From the IMG/VR virus record IMGVR_UViG_3300025073_000989: a stretch of 64,000 bases of DNA; one strand, 5' to 3'. Shown piece after piece: positions 55,463 to 64,000 of the stretch. Each line of letters begins with the position of its first letter. Positions within the stretch are counted from its first letter, which is position 1. Below the pieces are notes generated by a model, which saw nothing but the letters and a program-made list of their open reading frames with translations, made no database searches and was not told where the DNA came from. The stretch comes from a virus. Lineage: Duplodnaviria; Caudoviricetes. A program made the translations under genes and the position numbers.

Positions 55463-55856
55463 ATTAGAGGACGTCGGTTATATTTTTGTTTATGGTACTT
55501 TAAAAGTAGGAGGTACGTTTTCAAAACAGTTTGACAATTTTAGATTGAAAACCACCCCAGCCTCAATAAAAGGAACGATGTTTTTAGCACCCGGTAACTG
55601 GTTTCCAATAGGAATTTTGGGCGGAAACAACATCATAAGGGGTGAATTACACAAATACGATTCTTTTACAGAAGTAATTAGAAGTTTAGATAGAATAGAG
55701 GGTTACTACGGAGAAAACGAACACAACTTATATAATCGCAAACAAACAGCCGTTATAACAGATACAGGTAAGACATATGTTGCTACAGTTTATGAGTTTA
55801 ACAGGGATGTTAGCAAACTAAAAGTAATTAGATCTGGAGAATGGGAAATTAAATAA
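55452..55856 (+). CDS. gamma-glutamylcyclotransferase (AIG2/YtfP-like)
   Basis: IFVYGTLK, LDRIEGY, YNRK. Confidence 0.9.
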   Translation: MKDKLEDVGYIFVYGTLKVGGTFSKQFDNFRLKTTPASIKGTMFLAPGNWFPIGILGGNNIIRGELHKYDSFTEVIRSLDRIEGYYGENEHNLYNRKQTAVITDTGKTYVATVYEFNRDVSKLKVIRSGEWEIK

Positions 55857-55878
55857 TTCCCGATAAGGAGTAATAGAA

Positions 55879-56148
55879 ATGAAAATTAGAAAAATTAGTA
55901 CTAAAACGGACTACTCATACTCTGTTGGTAACATATCAGATGTAGATGGTTCAGAGTTAGTGGTAGAAAAAATTACACAAGTACGAAAAGGCCGGTATGA
56001 TATCTACCATGAATATTGGTATTCCGTACATTTTGCTGATAGTACAGCACACTGTTTAATTCCGGCCTCAGAGATTACTAGTCTTATTTATGACGTAAGT
56101 AAAGAAGAAAAGAAAAAGAATGAAGTACCGGAATTACCGGAAGAATAA
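55879..56148 (+). CDS. hypothetical protein
   Basis: AAGGAG RBS. Confidence 0.7.
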   Translation: MKIRKISTKTDYSYSVGNISDVDGSELVVEKITQVRKGRYDIYHEYWYSVHFADSTAHCLIPASEITSLIYDVSKEEKKKNEVPELPEE

Positions 56149-56185
56149 ACCAATTATTAAAATTATAGTAAAACGGAGTTACTGA

Positions 56186-56887
56186 ATGTCAGGAAACAAA
56201 ATACTTGTTGTAAACGGCTATAGCTATGCTGCGGCTATTGCTGGATTAGGCGCAGTTACTTTTGATGTAAATGAATTTTATAGTAAACCAGAAGACTTCA
56301 AGTTGGTAATGTTTACTGGAGGGGAAGATGTTTCTCCAGAATTATACGGAGATACTAGTCCACGTAGAGTGTGCCAGAATAGCTGGAAAAGAGATATGGA
56401 AGAACTAGATATCTTTAATTCTGCCATTAAACATGGTATAAAAATGACAGGTATATGTAGAGGATCTCAATTTCTAAATGTAATGTCTGGCGGAAAAATG
56501 ATACACCACCTAAATAATCATGGAGGAGTTACGCATGGTTTTGTAAGCCCAAAAAACAGAGAAGTACTACTTGTAAACTCTTTACATCATCAAATGATGA
56601 TTCCCTCTGAAGAAGGTATTGTAATAGGTTGGGCAGAAAGAAAATTAGCCACTATATACTTAGGCAACACTGATGAGGTTACTGCGTGGGATGATGTAGA
56701 AGTAGAGGCTATTTTCTACCCAAAGACCCTATGTTGTGGAGTACAATATCACCCTGAAATAATGAAAAAAGAGTCAGACGGTTATAGATTTTTCCACGAA
56801 ATGATAGCAGACTTTTTAATGATGACTGCAAAACAATTTTCTAGAATATATACTGCAAATGAAAAAACACATCAAGCATATAGGTAG
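56186..56887 (+). CDS. class I glutamine amidotransferase, peptidase C26 family (second copy)
   Basis: FTGGEDVSP, GICRGSQ, VNSLHHQ, QYHPE. Confidence 0.9.
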   Translation: MSGNKILVVNGYSYAAAIAGLGAVTFDVNEFYSKPEDFKLVMFTGGEDVSPELYGDTSPRRVCQNSWKRDMEELDIFNSAIKHGIKMTGICRGSQFLNVMSGGKMIHHLNNHGGVTHGFVSPKNREVLLVNSLHHQMMIPSEEGIVIGWAERKLATIYLGNTDEVTAWDDVEVEAIFYPKTLCCGVQYHPEIMKKESDGYRFFHEMIADFLMMTAKQFSRIYTANEKTHQAYR

Positions 56888-57338
56888 TCATGGTAAGAAT
56901 GAACATGTACAATTAATTGTGGCAGCGCCGGACGGAAGAATTCTACTTTTTAGAAGTAAAAGCCCAAATTCTACTTTTTATAAAAGTACGCATGTAGATA
57001 CTTGGACCATTACAAATTCTAGGTTTCTGTCTGAAAATAAAACTGATTTAGAGATGATTGAAGTTTTGTTGTTTACCATGTTCGGTGTTAGGCTAGGACA
57101 AGCTGCAGAAAACTATATTTTAGAGCATTTAGTAGATATTAAAGTAAATGGGTACAAAGAGATTTTTGTATACCAACTAAAAATAAATAATTGTATAGAA
57201 TTATTACCTAGTTCACTGGCTGAACTAAAACTACTAAATTTTAATGATATTAAAAAAGAAATTAGAGATCGTCGTCATGCATTTGCGGTAGACTCTACTT
57301 CTGTAATAGAAGAACTAACAATCAAAAAACTAATCTAA
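56859..57338 (+). CDS. hypothetical protein (possibly degenerate NUDIX-like fold)
   Basis: VQLIV..DGRILLFR N-terminus; Nudix box not recognisable. Confidence 0.4.
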   Translation: MKKHIKHIGSHGKNEHVQLIVAAPDGRILLFRSKSPNSTFYKSTHVDTWTITNSRFLSENKTDLEMIEVLLFTMFGVRLGQAAENYILEHLVDIKVNGYKEIFVYQLKINNCIELLPSSLAELKLLNFNDIKKEIRDRRHAFAVDSTSVIEELTIKKLI

Positions 57339-57348
57339 AGGACAAAAG

Positions 57349-57837
57349 ATGTTAGATTTTGAAAAAGTAGTAGGAGAAGAAGTATTTATAGCTACGGAAA
57401 TCGAAGAAGGTGTCGTAGCTGATATATTTTTATTTAGAAATATTTCAGATCTACATAAACACCTTCTAAGTATAAACCTAGATAGTGCTACTATATTACA
57501 TGGTTATTTAAATCAAGCAAAGTTTTTGCCTAGTAAGTTAAACAATAGAAGCATTTTTATAATAATCAAAGACGATATAATTGACAATAAAGGTATTATA
57601 TATGAATTTGAAGAGAATAAAATAGAACTATTAGAACAAGAAATAGGTGAAATTCTTGATGGAAAAACATGTTTGATGCTAGGATGTACATATGAGCCAG
57701 AAATAGAGCAAGTATATATACTTTACGGTTATGAAGTGCCACTAAAGCTTACAGTCAGTGAGGCTGATTTAGATGAAGAGGCCATAGAAACCTGTAAAAA
57801 ACTTTCATCAGAAGTAGATAATTTAAAAATAGGCTAG
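57349..57837 (+). CDS. acidic hypothetical protein
   Basis: AAGGA RBS. Confidence 0.7.
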   Translation: MLDFEKVVGEEVFIATEIEEGVVADIFLFRNISDLHKHLLSINLDSATILHGYLNQAKFLPSKLNNRSIFIIIKDDIIDNKGIIYEFEENKIELLEQEIGEILDGKTCLMLGCTYEPEIEQVYILYGYEVPLKLTVSEADLDEEAIETCKKLSSEVDNLKIG

Positions 57838-57840
57838 CTT

Positions 57841-58236
57841 ATGGGAAAAAAAGTAAGTATTTTATTATCCCAATCCGAAACAAAGTATACTGGTAGACTC
57901 CTGGGATTTGTTACTGAAGAAGAGTTTAGATGTATAATAAGTAGTAACGGCTTGGTCAAAAAAATAAGTACTTCGGAATCTCTGAGTCTAAGAGATCTAA
58001 TAAAGGCTGATGCTAGAATTAAGGGAAACAGATTAGTTTTTTCCATAAATCTAGAAGAAAACAAAGCACAAGAAAAAATCAGTAACACTGTACACTACAA
58101 TACACTGCTCATTACAGATACAATAGAGGATTTAACTTATTCAACTATGAGAACGGATTCTACTGAAGCTGGTTTCTCTTTTAGCTCAAACATAGAACAG
58201 TGGTTGATAATAGAAGAACCAACTAAACAGGACTAG
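57841..58236 (+). CDS. hypothetical protein
   Basis: ORF in plus-strand run. Confidence 0.65.
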   Translation: MGKKVSILLSQSETKYTGRLLGFVTEEEFRCIISSNGLVKKISTSESLSLRDLIKADARIKGNRLVFSINLEENKAQEKISNTVHYNTLLITDTIEDLTYSTMRTDSTEAGFSFSSNIEQWLIIEEPTKQD

Positions 58237-58246
58237 TTTAAACGAT

Positions 58247-58945
58247 ATGGATATAAATACTAAGTATATAAAAAAGAATTTTTTACTACCTTGTACAAAA
58301 TTTTCTATAGAGAAGATAACGTCAGGAGTTATTATACCGGGTTCTATAGGGTTTGTTTGTTTTAATAGTAACAAAGATTTTAATCTATATAGCCTCGATG
58401 CAATTATAATAAGACGAGGCAAAAAAGGAAGAAATAGAGTAGATTGTGTACGAATTAAAAGTCCTGCCTTCTTTTCTGAAGAGACTGATGTTGCTATTGT
58501 AAATAATAGTTGTAATATACTACGTATTATTCCAGAATCCTTTGAAAATAATCACATATTAGCTATGTCAAATATTGAGTATATTGGATGGGCCATTTCT
58601 ATGGCTAACTTTTTAGCTTTTATATATTCCACATATAGCAGTAAAACAGCTTGGCCGGACGGTCCTATAAATAATTTACATAACATTTCCTCTAAAGAAT
58701 TAAAGTTGTTGGAGCATGAACCTGATTTGTTTTTCGAAAAATATTCTACAAGTAAAAGCAGACGTACTTTTATTCAAGCTGCAAGACGAATGTATTGTAG
58801 TTTAATGCTTGGTATAAAACGGTATGAAAAGTGGACAAAAGACATACTACATAATAGCAATCTAGGCTATCTAGCAGCAAATATTGACAAAAAGAATAAA
58901 GCACTGCATGCAGAACTTAAACTTCTTGCTGAGGGGGAAAATTAG
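58247..58945 (+). CDS. hypothetical protein, related N-terminus to 58950-59804
   Basis: PGSIGFV...IIRRGKKGRNRVD. Confidence 0.7.
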   Translation: MDINTKYIKKNFLLPCTKFSIEKITSGVIIPGSIGFVCFNSNKDFNLYSLDAIIIRRGKKGRNRVDCVRIKSPAFFSEETDVAIVNNSCNILRIIPESFENNHILAMSNIEYIGWAISMANFLAFIYSTYSSKTAWPDGPINNLHNISSKELKLLEHEPDLFFEKYSTSKSRRTFIQAARRMYCSLMLGIKRYEKWTKDILHNSNLGYLAANIDKKNKALHAELKLLAEGEN

Positions 58946-58949
58946 AACC

Positions 58950-59804
58950 ATGTATAAAACTGGTAGTAAAATTCAGCTTGTGGCTAGTAATGTCAAAAAC
59001 ATAGGACCAAAAACAGGGAGCATAGGATATGTAATTGATAGCCATGATATTGTTAGACTATCAACACTTAAAGAAGTAGGCTATGTAGTAAGAATTTATG
59101 TTGAATTTATTAGATACGGATTTGAAACAGGTCAAAGGGTAGAAAAAAGAAATATCTTTCATATAATACCGCTAAATACTGGGATAGATTTTTATACTAG
59201 TTTAGTACATAGTCCTGATTTTATAAGCGCGCTAGAAAGAGTGCTTGATACAAAAGATATTATTTGTTGTGTAGCGGTACCGATAAATAAAAAAACGTAT
59301 TTTACAAAAGATAAAAATGAAGGTATAAATTGGTTGAACTCGTTTTTTAGTAGTTACTGTTTTCAGGGACTATTAGAAAATCTTAGCCGACGCGGAAACA
59401 AGGATTTTATAAAAAATACAGATATAGAGGAGCTTTTAAGTTTAGTAGAAAATAAAAACAAAAAAAGTATTATTTTTTCAGAGATAAGGAAAGGTAATTA
59501 TAGTTTATTGGATTTAATAAGGTCGGTACAAAAAGTCTCAGCTGTATATGAAAAGAATAAACTAAATCAATCTATACAAAGAGTAGTACAAAGTCCAATG
59601 CAATTTCTTAAACCAGGTAGTATATTAACTACTATGATACTAAGTAACCTATACTTGCCAGGCTGGCCTGAGATAAAAGAAAAGATTCTAGAAAAAACAA
59701 AAGAAACAGAAAGGAGGTTAGAGATATCGGAAATCATTAAGCTCCATGAAACAGTTAGAGACAGCTTGGACTCTTTTTCCCGATCCTTAGAAACAAAAGG
59801 ATAA
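58950..59804 (+). CDS. hypothetical protein, related N-terminus to 58247-58945
   Basis: TGSIGYV...FIRYGFETGQRVE; ATG at 58950. Confidence 0.7.
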   Translation: MYKTGSKIQLVASNVKNIGPKTGSIGYVIDSHDIVRLSTLKEVGYVVRIYVEFIRYGFETGQRVEKRNIFHIIPLNTGIDFYTSLVHSPDFISALERVLDTKDIICCVAVPINKKTYFTKDKNEGINWLNSFFSSYCFQGLLENLSRRGNKDFIKNTDIEELLSLVENKNKKSIIFSEIRKGNYSLLDLIRSVQKVSAVYEKNKLNQSIQRVVQSPMQFLKPGSILTTMILSNLYLPGWPEIKEKILEKTKETERRLEISEIIKLHETVRDSLDSFSRSLETKG

Positions 59805-59861
59805 GGACAGGACATTTAACGTTAAAATGTATACTTTTAACAAAAAAATCCGGAGGTACCG

Positions 59862-62800
59862 ATGTCTTCAGTACAGATTGATCAAAAATTGAAATTTCTC
59901 TGCGAAGGAATCAAAAAACAATTTTTTAGTAAATCAAGTGTAGATCTGATCAGTAAAAAGAAAGAAGGAAATCTTAGTATTACTTTTGAAAACAACTCTT
60001 TATGGATCAATATTTATGATGGAAAAAATAGCCACAGCATAGCTATACCAATACCATATTTAGACAAAGATTTACAGCTTTTAGTAAAGAACGATGTAGT
60101 ACGAGCAACTTGCCCGTATTTTGTAGTAGGACTTAACCAAGAGTTAGATTATATGGATCTCCTGTATACGGTTATTTGTGGGGATCCGTCATGTATTATT
60201 GAGGAGGATATTTTTCAAAGAACGCCCTTTATTCAGCAAATTAGCTATTCTATAGAAAATGGTAACACATCATTTATAGCCCTAAAACTACAAAAAGTTA
60301 TCAACAATATAGTAAATAATTTACCACTGCACGAGGGCTCAATGAAGTCTTGGATCATGAACAAACGGCTCATGTTTATAGATCCAACATTTAACGCTTT
60401 GATTAACCCGAAAGACAGACTTTCATATCAAGTAAGCAAAGCTGAAGCGTTTTTTAATAAAGGATGGACACAAATAGGTCTTCCTGATGGTACAATGGTA
60501 GATAAAAATTACATGTTGAAGGTAGATTTAAAGCGCTTTGTTCCTTTTGGAAACCAGTTTCACAACCCAGCTAGAAATTTATACTCTACATTGGGGATGA
60601 ATGGCGACGAGCTGCCAATGGTTCGTTCTGAGTCAATGCAGATCCTTATTGATAAAGGTATAAGTAGAACAGGATGGAATTTGTTTACGGTTTTTTATGA
60701 TATTCCTGATACATGGGAAGATCAAATAATGGTAGATAGTTCACATGCAACAAAATTTATAACATATACAAAAAGGTACCAATGCTTTGGCACTGTATTA
60801 GTAAAAGAAAACGACGATTTAAAACAAGGACAACAACTATCAAAAGCAATAGACGGCAACGGTGAGATATTTGATGAATTAGCCGAAGAGGCACATGTAT
60901 CTAAAATTAATGAAATACTAGTTAATGTTGGTGGTGTTCCAGTAAAAGGATTTAATGTTATAGTATCTTATAAACGATATCTAAAAGAGGGTGTAAAAAT
61001 AACCAACCTTTCGGCAAACAAAGGTGTGATACGATTAGGGAAGCTAGGTTTTGCTGTAGACCCAAAAACTGGAGAACAACGAAAAATAGATGTAATTGTA
61101 GGACTGTCAGCAGTTAAAAAAAGAAAGAATTATGCTCAAATATTTGAAGCACTATTAAATGTTGTAAACCAAGAAAGAGTTACAATAGTAGCCGACGATA
61201 TTAAAAGTACTCTCGGTGATATCAAAAATCGTCTATTGGCGGAAGGTTTTCCAGAAGACGGTAGTAGGATGTGTCATACATACGCAGGTAATTTTTCTGC
61301 ACTATGTGGTACTGTTTTCTGGGGAGTTATCCATGATGTAGAGAATACAATATGGGACAAAGATACGACGTTTGGGGTAAATGGTAGAGGTTTAAGGACA
61401 ACTGGCTTAAAGTTTTCTACAGTTGAGTTTAGAGCGCTAGAAACACGCTTTGGTAAAGATAATCCAGTACTAGCAGAAGTGTTATCTTATTCCCAAGGAA
61501 CAACCGATTTGACAAATATGTTGGATGTTCTAAAAAGTAAACTTAATATAATTAAACCAGAAACACCGTGTTTGACTATAGATAATGTTAGAGAGGTTGA
61601 TCAAACAACGTCAACTATAGTAAACGGAGATATACTTTACGGCACTGTTGTAGATGAAATGTTTTATCCTAATGGTTTTGTACTACAACTGCCCTATATT
61701 TTTACAACAGCCTTAAACGGGAACAATAAAGTTGTATATGAAGGCATAAAAAATACTAATGTAAGTGCCCACAAGAAAATTAGTATAGACAAATTATATA
61801 TTCCATGTGGAAATTTAAGAAAGAGTTGGCGCCACGGTACAGCTAAGTATGGGTTAAGCGAGATAGGTTCCGCAGTAAATAGAATAGTAATTACATCAAA
61901 AAGGTTAATAAAAGAACCAACCTCTAAAAACAACATTACTATGTATTACAGCGCAATATCAAACTACTTTAAGCTAATAAGTAGAATACTTGGCACTAAA
62001 AATGGAGAGCTAAATAACTACGGTATGGCTGTAAGATACCCATATTCTGCAAAAGCAGTTGCAACCTTAAGTACAACTTTACCAAAAAACGTAATAGAAA
62101 TTAATTCATCAGTAGCAAAAAAATTACAAATAGAAACAGGAGATGTAGTACTAGTAGAAAGATTTCCATGTTTAGGTTTTATGTCGCTTAGGCCACAAAA
62201 AATAAAGGTTACAGAAGACGATAAATGCAGATACACGATACGTGTTAGCGGTAATAGTTTAGGTTCTATGGGGTTAGATTTTGATGGTGATGTTATATAC
62301 ATAGCTGCCTTTCATACAGAAGAAGCAAAAGCACTTCTAAATAAAGAATGGAAAAATCCCGACAAAACGTGCTATGATATTATTAAAAAATACAACGTTC
62401 AAAAAAGTAACCCTAGATTACAGGAAGTTACTATTGACAATATTGATATAAAGGGATTTTCTCCGCTAACTATAGAAGAGCAAACAGGTATAGTAGGAGA
62501 ACTTGCGGGAGTAAAAGCCTTTACTGGACCGGTAATAGCCTTTTTATACAATTTAATGAGAATTCTTGAAAATTCTAATATAAATAATAAAAAAAGAACG
62601 GCCGCCGGTCTAGAAGAAATGTTTACCATAATAGGAGAATCAGTTTTTGATTTAAAGCATGGGATCAAATCCCCACATGACGTGTTTGTAGAAGCAATAT
62701 GTACAGCAGATATAAATACGTTAGTAGAAAATGACTTTGATAGAAGTACTTCTACTATTTTATGTAATTTAATAAAACAAAAAGCAAAAGAACTCGGAGT

Positions 62801-63170
62801 TGTTGATTTAAAAACTTATCATGAAAGGGCTAAAGAAACTGGAGGTACAATAGTTGGTAAAATTGTAAGAGAGCAAAATAAAGTATATTTTGCCTCTAGA
62901 GCAATACTAGAAGCAAATAGCTTGTTGGAGCACTTAAATAGTCCTATAGTAGACATCCCTAGCAGGATATTAAGTTGGACATTGTCTGGCAAAGCAGAGG
63001 AAAGGGACACTGCTCTAGATAAAAAGCGACAGAAAGCACAAATAGAAGAAATTCAAATTGAACCTGTTAAAGACGCCTGTAATATGTTATGTGCATACAT
63101 AGAAAAATATCTTAATGGGGAAAAAATAGAAAACAAATTTAACTATAAAGAAGCGTTTTTTCACAACTAA
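59862..63170 (+). CDS. DNA-directed RNA polymerase, two-barrel type, beta-like and beta'-like catalytic motifs in one chain
   Basis: EDQIMV and GVKITNLSANKGVI (beta-like), ERFPCL and GLDFDGD at 62277-62291 (beta'-like Mg-binding); GGAGG RBS. Confidence 0.88.
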   Translation: MSSVQIDQKLKFLCEGIKKQFFSKSSVDLISKKKEGNLSITFENNSLWINIYDGKNSHSIAIPIPYLDKDLQLLVKNDVVRATCPYFVVGLNQELDYMDLLYTVICGDPSCIIEEDIFQRTPFIQQISYSIENGNTSFIALKLQKVINNIVNNLPLHEGSMKSWIMNKRLMFIDPTFNALINPKDRLSYQVSKAEAFFNKGWTQIGLPDGTMVDKNYMLKVDLKRFVPFGNQFHNPARNLYSTLGMNGDELPMVRSESMQILIDKGISRTGWNLFTVFYDIPDTWEDQIMVDSSHATKFITYTKRYQCFGTVLVKENDDLKQGQQLSKAIDGNGEIFDELAEEAHVSKINEILVNVGGVPVKGFNVIVSYKRYLKEGVKITNLSANKGVIRLGKLGFAVDPKTGEQRKIDVIVGLSAVKKRKNYAQIFEALLNVVNQERVTIVADDIKSTLGDIKNRLLAEGFPEDGSRMCHTYAGNFSALCGTVFWGVIHDVENTIWDKDTTFGVNGRGLRTTGLKFSTVEFRALETRFGKDNPVLAEVLSYSQGTTDLTNMLDVLKSKLNIIKPETPCLTIDNVREVDQTTSTIVNGDILYGTVVDEMFYPNGFVLQLPYIFTTALNGNNKVVYEGIKNTNVSAHKKISIDKLYIPCGNLRKSWRHGTAKYGLSEIGSAVNRIVITSKRLIKEPTSKNNITMYYSAISNYFKLISRILGTKNGELNNYGMAVRYPYSAKAVATLSTTLPKNVIEINSSVAKKLQIETGDVVLVERFPCLGFMSLRPQKIKVTEDDKCRYTIRVSGNSLGSMGLDFDGDVIYIAAFHTEEAKALLNKEWKNPDKTCYDIIKKYNVQKSNPRLQEVTIDNIDIKGFSPLTIEEQTGIVGELAGVKAFTGPVIAFLYNLMRILENSNINNKKRTAAGLEEMFTIIGESVFDLKHGIKSPHDVFVEAICTADINTLVENDFDRSTSTILCNLIKQKAKELGVVDLKTYHERAKETGGTIVGKIVREQNKVYFASRAILEANSLLEHLNSPIVDIPSRILSWTLSGKAEERDTALDKKRQKAQIEEIQIEPVKDACNMLCAYIEKYLNGEKIENKFNYKEAFFHN

Positions 63171-63182
63171 AGGCCTAAGTTT

Positions 63183-63722
63183 ATGAAAAATATTCAACAT
63201 GTTACTATTACTACCCCCTCAAACACCACATTTACTTATAAAGTAAAAGAAACCCTCCTTTGTGTAAACCCTGGGCTTTCTATTAAAACATACAAAGTAC
63301 TTAAAACAGGAGCGTCTGTAGTTATATACAAAATACAAGAATACAACCCATACCATATAACTGTAGTTTTAATAGTAACTAAGCCTCTTCGTTGTGTTGA
63401 AGATTACACTAAACCATACAATTTTATAACATTGTGTATGAACGTTAATGAGCTTCCCAAAGTGTTTAAAAAAATTAATTCTACAGTAAAAGAAACAAAA
63501 GAAGAAACAAAGGATTTAGGACCAAATTACATAATTAATAGTAATCTAGAACATAATGGTTTAGCTTTGCTTGGTAAAAAATGTAAAGTACTTACATTTG
63601 GAAATTTAGGAACATTAGTTGAGTTTGAAGAAAATATCAAAGGAAGTAGTGGCGATGGCACAGGTAAAACTGGGCATTGCTTACTAGTAGCACCAGAAAC
63701 ACTAAAAAGAATAAGGGAGTAA
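63183..63722 (+). CDS. hypothetical protein
   Basis: C-terminal beta-rich segment LVEFEENIKGSSGDGTGKTGHCLLV. Confidence 0.7.
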   Translation: MKNIQHVTITTPSNTTFTYKVKETLLCVNPGLSIKTYKVLKTGASVVIYKIQEYNPYHITVVLIVTKPLRCVEDYTKPYNFITLCMNVNELPKVFKKINSTVKETKEETKDLGPNYIINSNLEHNGLALLGKKCKVLTFGNLGTLVEFEENIKGSSGDGTGKTGHCLLVAPETLKRIRE

Positions 63723-63727
63723 AAAAA

Positions 63728-64000
63728 ATGGAAAAGAAACAGTATAAAGGAATTACGTTTAACGAGTGTAGTTTTATGGGAAAAGTACTTGGGGCACCAA
63801 AGTTTGTTCCGGCAGGCGATTCTGAGTATGTTTTTATTAACCTCTCTGTTCAACAAAGAGAAATGGACGCAAACCAACAATTTGCTGATATTGAAGTAGT
63901 TGTACCGCTATTGGTTATGGAGGCCTCTAAAGTAGAAGTTGTAAAGAAATACGTACAAGAAGGACGCCAGCTGAAGGTAGATGGTTATTACAAAAGTTGG
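63728..64000 (+). CDS. ssb: second SSB-family protein (runs off window end)
   Basis: FNECSFMGKV...YVQEGRQLKVDGYYKS pattern of SSB OB fold; GGGAG RBS. Confidence 0.75.
   Translation, partial: MEKKQYKGITFNECSFMGKVLGAPKFVPAGDSEYVFINLSVQQREMDANQQFADIEVVVPLLVMEASKVEVVKKYVQEGRQLKVDGYYKSW

Noticed and set aside
1-64000. Genome-wide stop-codon reassignment (TAG or TGA)
   Set aside because: Long genes such as the 1102-aa RNAP and Ro60 are intact in code 11, TAG and TGA end many genes at sensible positions, and no suppressor tRNA is seen; interruptions are few and in small accessory ORFs
1-64000. Host assignment and virion structural genes
   Set aside because: No capsid, portal, terminase or tail genes and no host-diagnostic sequence recognisable in this window

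Overview
AT-rich segment of a large (jumbo-type) dsDNA bacteriophage genome. There are no structural genes in the window. Positions 1-5152 are transcribed on the minus strand (PIN-PhoH, an HD-domain (p)ppGpp hydrolase-like protein, small Cys-rich paralogs). After a 17-bp tandem repeat array the genes switch to the plus strand: a visibly more GC-rich, early-type island (5.6-14.1 kb; pentapeptide repeat proteins, DUF488-like, SLOG, SSB), an HNH-RHH gene next to a 55-bp tandem array and AT-rich repeat DNA, then about 47 kb of densely packed accessory genes. These include an RtcB remnant, a macrodomain, a deaminase, two metallophosphoesterases, a radical SAM enzyme, an MBL hydrolase, a phiEco32-like amidoligase/glutamine amidotransferase/gamma-glutamylcyclotransferase cluster, a CCA-like nucleotidyltransferase, an Rnl1-like protein lacking the catalytic lysine, a 1102-aa RNA polymerase carrying both beta-like and beta'-like catalytic motifs, and a second SSB. 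The RNA complement is the most striking part: 7 canonical tRNAs, an allo-tRNA-like UAU gene, two ~160-nt tRNA-shaped RNAs with expanded anticodon and variable arms, tRNA remnants, and a Ro60 (TROVE) locus preceded by three tandem Y-RNA-like units (one a tRNA-mimicking YrlA type) and followed by a coiled-coil gene plus a ~220-nt structured non-coding element. All calls come from reading motifs by eye; no searches or folding programs were run, and the host cannot be determined from this window.
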